Shown one piece after another: positions 51,158-62,200 of a stretch of DNA of 64,000 nucleotides (position 1 is the first letter of the stretch; every line of letters starts with the position of its first letter). Under the pieces are notes generated by a model. The model was not told the DNA's origin. It made no database searches and saw only the letters and a program-made list of their open reading frames with translations. This DNA is from Ptychomitrium polyphyllum. Its lineage: Eukaryota. The stretch lies in NCBI GenBank assembly GCA_973851085.1, contig OZ316776.1, positions 7,440,001-7,504,000 of the forward strand, read 5' to 3'. Both the position numbers and the translations under genes were made by a program.

Positions 51158-52144
51158 TTAGTAACTGTTATACTGGTTGCAACAAGGTGACCATAACTGC
51201 TGCTGAGCATGATTGTACCCATTGTAACACTCACTGGACTCATAGCCAGACATTGCAGGTGACATCTGACTGTAATTACACATCCCAGTAGCAGGCTCAT
51301 AATCAGATGCAGGCTGATAACTTATGCCATTGTAATTCTCGGCTGCAACTGGCGCCAGGATATCAAAGTCGATGGGAGCGTCATAATCTGCGCTGAAGAT
51401 GCGATATTCCTCGGTGGGGATCAATGTTGCATCCCAATCAATTTCCTCGAAGTCCAACTCAACATTCTTAAAATCCGTCATGACGTACTCCTCTTGTTGC
51501 GGGTACTCATACGCCGGATTATCAGAGGTCATGTACAGATCATGAACGCCATAGGAGGACGACGATGGTTGATCTTCTTCCCCTACCTTGAGCCTTGGAC
51601 CGGACTGCATTCCCAGCTTCACATATTCCTTCACCACCTTCCGAAGCTGCATTGCGTAGTCCCGTTTCGGCAAATTAGGGGAAATTCTTGGAATCTGATC
51701 GTAGACCGGATGGCCGTCGAAGTTGAGCGACGTTTGGCTGCCGAAGAAGGTGATGGCTACGTCGTATGCATATGCCGCTTCTACAGGGTTGGAGTAAGTG
51801 CCGAGCCACCAGGTCTTGCTGGATTTCGGTGGGCGGATCTCGGCTATCCACTTGTCCTGCTCTGAACGATACCGCACCCCTTTGTATGTGACCGAGCTAG
51901 AATCCGAGGTCGAGGCATTGGAACCTCCACTTTGTAAAGATGAGATGCAGGAGGAGTCTCCTTTGTGAGAGGTCCTCTGATCGTTGCGGTGCACGTTCAT
52001 GTGGCCTCCAAGCGACTGCCCTGACCTAAATTCGTTCCGGCATATATTGCACCGATATGTTCGCGCATTTGAATTTGAAGTTCTGGAGTACTGCCGCTTC
52101 TGTGGCGAGCAGTTGCTGCCGTCGCTGTTATTAGTAGTGGACAT
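51158..52144 (-). CDS. C2H2 (SUPERMAN-like) zinc finger + AP2/ERF domain transcription factor, copy 1, 328 aa
   Basis: Intronless ORF. YRCNICRNEFRSGQSLGGHMNVHRND is followed by YKGVRYRSEQDKWIAEIRPPKSSKTWWLGTYSNPVEAAYAYDVAITFFGSQTSLNF and an acidic/aromatic tail. Probable 5'UTR intron ~52186-52821. Confidence 0.9.
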   Translation of the reverse strand: MSTTNNSDGSNCSPQKRQYSRTSNSNARTYRCNICRNEFRSGQSLGGHMNVHRNDQRTSHKGDSSCISSLQSGGSNASTSDSSSVTYKGVRYRSEQDKWIAEIRPPKSSKTWWLGTYSNPVEAAYAYDVAITFFGSQTSLNFDGHPVYDQIPRISPNLPKRDYAMQLRKVVKEYVKLGMQSGPRLKVGEEDQPSSSSYGVHDLYMTSDNPAYEYPQQEEYVMTDFKNVELDFEEIDWDATLIPTEEYRIFSADYDAPIDFDILAPVAAENYNGISYQPASDYEPATGMCNYSQMSPAMSGYESSECYNGYNHAQQQLWSPCCNQYNSY

Positions 52145-53193
52145 TCTTGCAGTCGGCTGTCCGAGAGAGCTTGGACGGATGTGCACTGACTAGGATTTTA
52201 GTACATCCTGAGAATTGGTCTAGTCCAATATGGACACTGGATCTATGGTGAGCCCCACAAGCTACTTTGGACGAAAACGTGTCTGAGAAGCCTGCGTGAT
52301 TGTGTATCTCATGAAGTTTTAAAGAAGCGCAATGGCGTGTTGTATTCTGGTCTCTTGCCGACGCACTTGCGAAATGAACTGCAGATGTGCGCAATGAATG
52401 ATGCATTTAGCTGCTGCATTGCATACAATGTGAAAATTTTATGTCAGAAAACATCGTACGAGGACGTAGCTCATTCAATTGCGCCCAAGAATATAAGATA
52501 CGTGTAAACCAGGGTCTTTGATTTTGCAAATCCCTCTCTTCTTGATGGCTCCGTTCAAAGTACAACGTTATCACGAAAATGCCGACAATCATCGGGGTAC
52601 CGACAGGATTCCAGTTCATTCGAAGCATGAAGACCAACAGCCCATCATGACCACAACACTATCACATAGTATTGTACCCTCGGAAGAACGTCGATAAGCG
52701 CATGAGTCAAGCCGAATTGCATTACTGATTTGCACACCGACACTAAGCAAGTCCTGAAGATTCTACCCTAACCCATTCAAATTTTTCAAATTGTGCTCAT
52801 ACTCAGGAAAGTGTGACTTACAGCTCTAGCCTCCAGTGCAAGTGCGAACCGAAACACCCGACGAGCTACCCAGCCACAGCACAAAGAGATCCACCAAATC
52901 CAACAGTTCTCAGCCTCCCCGTCGTCGACACAATCGACACGAAAAACCGAGCAAATCAGAAGTCAGAGGTTCACAGCTCGTCGCCCTGCCACCACTCATC
53001 TGGATCGTCCGCAACTACGACTTGTGAACAACAAGCCCAGTGCAGACAAAAAATAGAGCTGGGGACGACTAGCGACCTTGCAGGAAGCTCGCTGCAGACA
53101 GCAAGCGCCGTGATCTAGTGCCTGCTTCCGCGTCCAGAGCGTCGTCGCTAACGAATGGCCTCGGTAGTTTCGTACCAGACTGTCGCTTGTGGC

Positions 53194-53412
53194 GTCGGCA
53201 CTGCCGACTCGACTCCTGCGCCGACTCTGGCGCCACGTGGCCGGCATCCCAACGATCTGGCAACCGCATCCGCATCTGCATGGCCCTGGCAGCTTCCTGC
53301 CTTCATCTTTTCTTGAGCTTCCTTCATTGCAGGACTACTTCATTTGACTGCGACCCTCCCCGCTGCCGATTTAGCCCTGCGTTCAGCCACCGTGGATCGA
53401 TTGCCACGTGTC
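53194..53412. promoter_or_regulatory. DRE/CRT and ABRE/G-box cluster upstream of ZF-AP2 copy 1
   Basis: Inverted pair GTCGGCA-C-TGCCGAC (53194-53208), GCCGAC (53220-53225), GCCACGTGGC (53232-53241) and GCCACGTGTC (53403-53412). Confidence 0.55.
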
Positions 53413-53499
53413 ACGCTGAGAACCCTTTGTCATTGTAGCAGAGTTCTGTGTTCGTTGTTGGCGTAGATTTTGCTACTACTCACGCTGAGAATCCCTTCT

Positions 53500-54620
53500 A
53501 ATAATAGTATGATTAATTACATTATTGTTTTGACCCAGGTTATTACAATTTTAATACCATTACCTTACGATTTGAATGGATTTTTTATTCAGAGAAAAAT
53601 TATTAAAATTTTGCATTATGAAGTTTGTTAATTTTAAATATGAAAAAATACTAATGAAAATGGTCTAAATTCTTTTACAACACTTAAATAATATTCATGT
53701 TATAGTATAAATATGTTTCTAGTTCTCATCTATTCTATATATTTAATTCATTTAAGTATCAAATTAAAGGAGTAAATTAACTTATATTTTTTCATAATAA
53801 TATAAAAGTCTTATATCCATTGATAGTAGCTTGTTAAATTATATATACATATATTTAAAATATGTTCAAAAGTTGAACTTATTCTTATAAATTGAAGATT
53901 TGTATTGTTATGAATTTTCAAAGTTATTGAAGTGCAATAGAATTTATATTTATAATATATTTATTAGAGGTTTGTAAATTTCTTTTGAAAGATTTATTAT
54001 ATGAAGAATAATCATTATTTATGTTGAAAATGAATTATAATAATTATTAGTGATTACAATTAATTATTTTATTTTTCAATCATGTATGATTATTGTTACA
54101 TTAAATTTGCAATCTCTAAAAACAAAAAAAATATAACATTATAAATGTCCTAATAGGACTTTAACATAATATTAAAGATTATTATTGAAAACTAAATATC
54201 CATAAGTCTTCATTGCATTTTTGAAAAAATAATGATTTTCATTAAGGCTTGTTTGTAGTTTTGTAATGCAAATGAGATTTTTGTATATCCTTACAAAAAC
54301 ATTCTTAATTAAGAAATCATAACTTATATTAATATGAGCATGATATAGATGCATTTCAATAGCTACTCCATATTATATTAACTGTCTAATCAATTTCAAA
54401 TCATTGCAAGATGTATTATTATATTAAAAATCCTGTGCCAAGCAATAAACTATTTGTGCTACTATTTATATAATTTACTTCAAGCAGTTCTAAACATAAC
54501 CTTATAAGATCATATGACACAAATTTGGAATAATCCATAATACATTAGCTTTTGACCACAATTGATGTCTCACTTTGAAGTATTGTAATAGTTTATTATT
54601 GAGAATAAAAGTTGTGTTCT
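53500..54620. other. Very AT-rich spacer between the two ZF-AP2 paralogues
   Basis: Abrupt compositional shift and no credible ORF; possible decayed TE. Confidence 0.35.
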
Positions 54621-55786
54621 TCATGATTCCATTTTCTCTGCTAGGAAAGATTCTCTTCACTTATACCACTACCTTACATATGCTAACTCTCCAAAGTTGT
54701 TCAGTCATAGGTGCATCCGCCTTGAAGTATTTAAGGCGGAATTGCAAAATTATCATCTCTCCTAAAGAGGAATGAATGGTTCTATGATATTGCCCAAACA
54801 GGTACACTATCACTCAACGTGTACATGTCCTGATTTTTTATGCACATGGATAGAATTCTACATTCTGAGTACAGTACATCTCCTATGCTTCCTATGGTGA
54901 TGCCTCGGTAGCCTTATTCACAACTTGAGTGCATACAATTTCAGTCCATATCATTGAACATATATTTCTACTCTCCATCAGCACCTCAGCCTTGACTCTC
55001 CCATTGTTTACCCTTTTTTTTAACTACCAAGCCGGTTCTACTCCATTGTAACGTGGCAGATGCTGTGTCAACTTGATCTGCATCGAAAGTGTATTCAGCC
55101 GGTTTAGGTGTATGTACATAAACGTACCAGTGCAGTACAACAGAAGCTCACTCCAAGACTCCAAGTTCAAAGTTCAAACCTCTGGAAATTTATAGCCTTT
55201 GAGTTAACTGAGCCCTTGAATGAGTCAGCATTTCGTTGGAGCAAAGCGAGCAATGTTCAAGCAACATGACATTCTTCAGGACTGGAGAACCTCACCCTTC
55301 GGTGACACACTATCATAAGCACTATCGAAATATAGCGCAAGCATAAATCGAACTATAGAACTCTGTCATGTTCTTCGCAGTTGACCAGGTGCCTTTGCTA
55401 AAGAATGGTATGAACTGCTGGCAGTTGATCTATTATTGTACACACATATCGCCTATGCTCTTGAAGGCCATCAACTACACCAAAAACTGAAAACTAAGCA
55501 AGGGTTCAAGGTATTACACCTGTGTCATTTTCCAGCGGTAGACATCACTCTGTTACAGCCTAACAGGTCATACGAACAAAAACTTTGATCGTGATTGGTC
55601 ACATGCAAGAGTCATGACGGACAACACATCTGCAGAGTTTAAGGGGCTTGTTCACAACCATGCTAGCTGCGGCAACAGAGTACGTGAGCGACACACAACA
55701 TGGGCCTGTCGACATCAATTGAGTACACCCGTTCTCTCAATCGCAGTGGGTTCTTGCAGTTCAGTTAGAGCAGACTTTTCACAACT

Positions 55787-56896
55787 TCAAGGTGAGTTTA
55801 GAAACTGTGTCCACTCAAACTCGGTAGCGGGGGGCGGTGGATGGTACGTGATAAGATCTGCTACTGCTGGTGTAGGAGCAGCATTACTGCTTGAACCGGC
55901 GGGGCTCACAGGAGGCTCCGCAAACGTCGTCGGGTTAGCGGCCTGCTCTTCCGATCGGCGCTCAGCAATAATCCGCTCACTAACTTCCTTCACCATCTCG
56001 CGCAGCCGTTGTGCGTACTCTTGAGATGACAATTCTAGCGGCAAAGGTTGAAGCGTCTGGTAGAGCGGGTGGTGACCGAAATTAAGCTCCGACTCCGAAC
56101 TGAAGAACGCCAAAGCAACATCGTACGCCTGCGCTGCCTCCTCCGCCGACGGAAACGTGCCGAGCCACCACTTTTCTGTTGATTTAGGTGGTCGGATTTC
56201 CGTGACCCACTTATCGCCTTCCCGACACCTTACTCCCTTATATAAGGACGGCGCCACAATGCTCTGATCTGATTCACTGCTGTTGCTCCACGAGCGTGAT
56301 TTCGTAGCCATCTGATCACCATTCGGAGCTGCACGACTCCGACGTCGTGAGTCTGAAGGTTTGCACCGGACCTTATTCTTGTGAAGATTTTTGTGGCCTC
56401 CTAAAGATTGAGGCGAATGAAATTTGTTTCCGCAGACGTCGCACACGTAGAAGCGACGAGATGGGCCGCGCATGGTGACGGCGAAGTCTGGGTCAGCCGG
56501 GTTCTTGCCCTTCGACGTCTGGGATTCTCGCCGCTGGTGCACTTGAGAATGAAGGTGTCTGCGTTGACCTTCATCGCCATCAACATCGCTAAGTGATTGG
56601 TCATACATTGTCAGCTCTACCATGTCGGTGTTTGTACATTGTGAGGTCGTGTCTGACAAAGTTGTTGCGAGCAAGCTGGAGTGTGAGCGAAGCTTCTCAC
56701 GGTAATTGGTCTCGAATAACAACTCGACAGGTTGAGCCTGAGTGTTCATATTTGTCCTGTGGTAGTTCATCTCGAGATTGTCAGAGGAAGTTCCGACTGT
56801 GAGGATAGCTGGCTTCGATGGGGAGGTGAGAAGATCTTCCAGCTCTTTCATTAACCGATTCGCGGCCTTCCGCTCCCACTCCCCCTCCACTTCCAT
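55787..56896 (-). CDS. C2H2 zinc finger + AP2/ERF domain transcription factor, copy 2, 369 aa
   Basis: Intronless [27 protein letters not shown] is followed by [56 protein letters not shown] splice acceptor (TTTCTGCAG) near 56980 suggests a 5'UTR intron. Confidence 0.9.
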   Translation of the reverse strand: MEVEGEWERKAANRLMKELEDLLTSPSKPAILTVGTSSDNLEMNYHRTNMNTQAQPVELLFETNYREKLRSHSSLLATTLSDTTSQCTNTDMVELTMYDQSLSDVDGDEGQRRHLHSQVHQRRESQTSKGKNPADPDFAVTMRGPSRRFYVCDVCGNKFHSPQSLGGHKNLHKNKVRCKPSDSRRRSRAAPNGDQMATKSRSWSNSSESDQSIVAPSLYKGVRCREGDKWVTEIRPPKSTEKWWLGTFPSAEEAAQAYDVALAFFSSESELNFGHHPLYQTLQPLPLELSSQEYAQRLREMVKEVSERIIAERRSEEQAANPTTFAEPPVSPAGSSSNAAPTPAVADLITYHPPPPATEFEWTQFLNSP

Positions 56897-59800
56897 TAAG
56901 CCTGAGGATTAGACCACAACTTGAGCAGATAGAACCTTTGAGGCTCCAGTCGCCAAAACGCACGGTATGTCTGTTGAACCTGCAGAAATCACTCAGACCT
57001 CAATGAGTGCCAAATTCCCAGGTATGCAGTCATTTAACCAGTATCCAGTCACTAATGCAAAGAGCGTGACCATCTAGTTACTTCAAACGACGGCGAGTAT
57101 ATCTACGGTGTCTCACAGACGACAGAGCAATTTGCTTAGCAACTGTCTCTCTTCACTTCGTAATTGCTAACTGCAATCTCTGCGAAACAACTCCAAACTC
57201 AAACTCAATCGATGAGAAAGCTTATCAGACACGGAAAACAACCTCTAGGGAGATAGAAATTTCTAGCACTATATACAACTGCAGAACATCTAAAGCTGAC
57301 TTTAATTGCTAACCTTCGACTCTCTGAGTAGACCACAACAGTAAGGATGGTAGCCCAACACAATTGCAAGCTGTCTTTGTGGATGGTGCTTTGTTTTTCA
57401 TGGCTTGTTCAAAGTACGAGAGGATTTGCCAATCTTGTCCCGACATGCATGATCAAGCCTCAAGGCGATTCAATCGTCTACAGAAGTCTGAAACTGTCTG
57501 CACAGGTGTGCAGTGCAACCCCGCCAGCACCATGGTCGTTTGGGAATTTTCATTCATGTGCTGTCACCAGTGTCTGCAGGACAACACCAGAATGCAAACC
57601 AGTCCCAAACGGGCAACGTCATCTTGACCAAGCTTCCTGTTGTGGCAAGGCCTCTCTAGCTACCAACGTTGAAGAGCTCCAGCAGCTAAGCACCCGCACT
57701 TCCTAGTCCAATCGGAGTGCTTGCCGCCCGACTTTTTTATTGCCCTTCTCGGTCTCTTCAATCGAGGATAAGTGGGACGATTTGCACCGTAACTTTCTCC
57801 ATCTATTATTGCTATGCTACCATATTTTGCACTTAGGGCACCTGACGCTTTGACTTCCTTTGACTTCTGAAACATAGATTTGGAGTAATCTTTCAAACGG
57901 TAGGAGAAAGAACATTAACCTTGGCTATCATGTCCTGTCGATCATGTTCCAGAATTGACAGATTCAACTTGTGGTATCAATTTTATGTCAAATTTGAAGC
58001 GGCTGCAATTCTGCACCTGCCATATATGGGCTCTTTACAAGAGTCTAATCACGATTGTACATTTTTTCCTCCTTCAGGGGGACTCCTCGAGAAGGTCATG
58101 TGAACTAGACCATGATTTCAGTAAGTATCAGTCAAGAACTTCTGAAGTTTGAACCCAATGCATCCCTTTCTGATGTGTTTAGCTGAAGTCTGTATGCCAG
58201 CTTTTCAAATTTGTTGTTTTGGCCCGTTTTGACGTTTCAAGGAAGTCCTATTTAAGTTCATTTATTGGAAATCAATTAATGGAAGTATGAAAATTAAGTA
58301 ATATTTTTACTTATGGATTCAAATATGATGAATTTTGGAATAAATAGTTCTAAATTAGAATATCTTTTGTAATTTGGTGTTATTGTAATGCACATTTTAA
58401 ATATACTAGGTAACCATCTACATTAGTGAGTTTGATGTTGGTACGTAAACTATATGCTTCAAAAACTTGAATCCTTTTGCAAGGACTTTTCGGCAGGTCC
58501 ACAGTTGACGAAGGTTACAGGTCGAGTGCTAAAGGAGTTGAAAAAGTAAGCAGTCGGCACGCCACTGAACTTTGACTCATTGAGGTCATAGAGTTCCTTC
58601 TGCAGTCATTACAACGAGCTCTACTTGTTGGTGCTCTGATGCAAATGTTGATTTCAATAGAGAATGTTTTAGGATAACGTGGGGTAGGAAATTGAGCATT
58701 GAGGTCATGCCTGGGCTAGATTAAATACTTGACAATTTCTAGATTCGATTGAGGTGCTTATTCAAAATCCTGGTGGTTCTTCTGAATCTGCAACTTTACC
58801 AGGAATCCAGGATACGTCACTGGAATTCGAACGAGGCCCAGCACATTGAATTTGACCAGCATCTGTGTAAGGCTGCAAGCAAAGATTCGAGCACAATCGG
58901 AACTAACACGTCCCATTCTGTAATGCCGAAGTTATGTTTGAATCTCTCGAACCGAGATGTTGATGGCAACTAGATCAGCACAATAACGTAAAAGAGGTTC
59001 CTTGCATTTTCATATTTGCTTTAAACTCGGTGACGTAGTGGTACACGCTAGGCGGTGAAAATGAGAAGGAAATTGGAACATGCGTTCAGATGCTGGGACT
59101 TCTGATGAGCTTCCCATGCTGTCGGTGCTTACTGTAAGGACATGAGAAGTTCGTCGTTAATTGAACACCGTCTCAACTGATGTTTCTTTACAATTTCGAT
59201 CCTCTTTGCTCATTTCGAAGCAGCTCCAGCAGGTTCACCTTTAGCTTCTTTCAGCCTCTGGGGCCAAGAGTATATACCTGTTTGCAATGCCAAAGCACTA
59301 CAGGAGGCTGGGACATGGAATCATAACTGCTTTTGCTGGCCCCAGTTGGCCAATGGCAAAGAGCTGCAGTCATAATCAATTTCCCATCAAGCTCGCTTTC
59401 GAGAATCGAGGAGGCACCCGTGCATCACTGGGATCTTGGGAAAGCACTCCGTAGTTACCTTTGGATGGGGCATGGGGCACTTTGGAGGAGTTTCCCATGT
59501 GTAACTGTTGTATGATCAATAGATTTCTAAACATATACAGGTTTAAATTCACATCATAATGGACTTGGTCAAGTCAATCCAATATTTTGAATTAGTTCTG
59601 GTTGTTTTTAGGTTTTTCGAAGGTAAAAGAAAGAAGTATCATCGCAAATTATAAACGATGCCTCGTACAGGCGGCGAGAACTGGAGGAAGGACAGTACTA
59701 ACTCTTCCAGATATAAGGAGAGGATTCAATCGATCTTCTTCTATGCACCGTCAACCTCCTGGAAATGACACCATGTATTTCATTTGGGTTCCAATGCAAT

Positions 59801-61112
59801 GACACGGTGTTTCAGACGGGCAACAGTTGACATAGTTCTTAGTGATGTCGGTGCGTTGAAAAGGGAAGATGAATGAGCAACTCTAAACTTTCCCATTTAT
59901 GTTTGTGTACTTACGACGCTTTTCCAAGCAAGAAGCATTCTTACACCTGATTTGAAGACTCGTTCTGCTAACTAGATCCCATCAGTACCGACTTCTTTTT
60001 AACAGTCACCATGGATTTATGGCTTCTGTAATGTCCTCATGCCTGGATTTCGTCGTGAACTGGAGGAAGGGTAATTTCTTTGTTGGAGAAGCCATCTCAG
60101 TGGCTTCTTCAACGACGCTGCTGCGAGACGAACGAAGCTCAACAATTGCTACGTTGAAATATTTTATGACATGCTACACCAAATAACAAAATGGATGCGT
60201 AATTTAACTAAGAAGCGTATGTGAAAGGAAGTACAAAATCTTCTCTCCACAACAAGCAGACATGCCTCAAGAGAACTATATCATGTATATTTACTTCTAG
60301 TGTTATGCTACAACATGTGAGCTGAATCATCGCCTTGCTACAAAGATGTTATTCTGCAAACTGATCATAAAAACGTGTACAGAGTCATTGCTACAATTGA
60401 TAGTACTAAATAACGACCTACACCTTCAGCAATCTGAGCCTCCACAGGTTCAAGAATAAGAGAAAGCACAAAATTGAATGAATTGATGACCACAAGCCAA
60501 TGTACACAATCTTCTCAGAATCAGGGTTTAGGGTTTAAGCTGCATTTATGCTCCCCTTCTTCATTCAGCTCGCGTTCTTCTTCTTCTCGTCTACTTCCTT
60601 CCCATCTCTATCACCGTTGGCAACCTCGAACTGCCAATAGCTGGATTGCCCATCCCCGAATCTGCCATGTCTAGTTTAGATCATCGTTTCCAAACACTTT
60701 TCAAAAACTGCTGAGTGGTCTATAATCACAGGGTTCTGGCAGTTCGCACAATCATGATGAGATTGCTGAGCCAAAGTCAAAAATTAAACACAGATAAGAC
60801 TCCTTACCTTGCAGCTCTATCACGACGATGCGACATCTTGCACAACCATGGATGGAATTTGGCACAAAGATGCAATTATTTTTTCAGCAATTAGACATGT
60901 CAGAGCTATGGCAGACCGCTGTTGTGATCGTTGTTGTATTCCAAGTACACAAGAATCATAACTGAATTTGCGTGATCCCCCTTGGTATCATAGTTGATGA
61001 GGTGGGCAAACCACCTGGTTAGCATGTTTATTTCGCTTTGTGAATCTCCTAGGAATAAAGCGTGCATGCTATAATTCTCTCTGCAGGGTCTCCTGAGCAG
61101 ATTCTGGAAGCA

Positions 61113-62200
61113 ATGAAGCTCCAACCGAGAATCGTAGAGAAGAAGAGTCGAGTCTCTAACAAGGTTGCATTGAAGGAGGAAGCGTGCCCATGTGCTGACA
61201 TTGTGACAAGTCTCATTCTTTGCGGCGTTCCTCAATTCACAAAAGTCATGCCAGTCAGAGACGGAGTTGTGGTAAGTCTTAAAAAACCTAAATAATGTAC
61301 ATAGGCAAAGTTTTCTTCAACATGTCATCGGATCATATCCCTAAAGCTATTTCTCAATTAATTCCATTCATGTTTGTCCCCTGTTTAGAAAATCCCTGAC
61401 GGATTCGTACTGGAGCATCGCAACATGACGGGCAGAAAAGTGTCTCTGGAATCCACAGATGCGAAAGGTCGAGTTTTCGAAGTGATACTCACCACCAGGA
61501 TGGTCGGAAACCGCCAATCTGCGTTGCTGTTCGGAACAGGTTGGCAAGAGTTTCGATCGGAGAGCTGGCTGCAAGAAGGCGACCTCGTCATCTTCGCGCT
61601 TGTAGGCATGTCACAGTTTGTGGTTTACATTCTGCGGGGCCATATGGAAATCGCCAGGCGAGCAATGGCCTCGCTCTTCGCTACACCTAATCTTGTCACT
61701 CGCTCTCTGGCAAGCAAATCCTCAAGCCCCAAAAGAATCATGAGGAAAGAATCGGAAGACCGGACAACAGAAGGAAAACATCGGCACCCTTCCTTTAAAA
61801 AGAGGTTGCACGCAAGTGCTATCTCCAAAGGACAGAGAAGCTTTGTAAGTGCTTGTGATTCTGCCGATTCCATCGCTGCCTTCTTCTAGGAGAAATTTCT
61901 TGCTAACACGGCTCTTATGATTCAAATGTACAGGAGTTTCCCCAAGCATTCCTGCGGTTGCACGCAACTGAAGTCGGTGACACGGTCGAGTTCGTGGTTT
62001 CTAGGAAGAGACAAGTGTGGCCTATTGAGACGTTCAAGTATGAGCATGAAAAGTATGTTCGAAGGGTTTTCCTGCGTAAGGGGTGGCTGCAATTTGTGGA
62101 GGATAATGCGCTCCTACAAGGTGACCTGTTAGCGATCGCTCTCATTGCGCATTCAAAGTTTCTTGTGACCATCGTTGAAAGATCAACGTTGACCTCATAG
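61113..62200 (+). CDS. REM-like protein with two B3 DNA-binding domains, ~293 aa (start uncertain)
   Basis: Exons 61113-61271, 61389-61844 and 61934-62200 (GT-AG, 882 nt). First B3: PQFTKVM..KIPDGFV..FGTGWQEFRSESWLQEGDLVIFALVGMSQFVVYI. Second B3: PSFKKRL..EFPQAFL..LRKGWLQFVEDNALLQGDLLAIALIAHSKFLVTI. An acceptor at 61086 implies an upstream exon. Confidence 0.85.

Noticed and set aside
57347..58150. Short ORFs including ..KHSDWTRKCGCLA.. as a MULE/FAR1-like fragment
   Set aside because: The resemblance is limited to a few residues and no consistent exon chain could be built.
55787..62200. AP2 and B3 domains nearby suggesting a RAV-type AP2-B3 gene
   Set aside because: They are on opposite strands, more than 4 kb apart, and each has its own start and stop.
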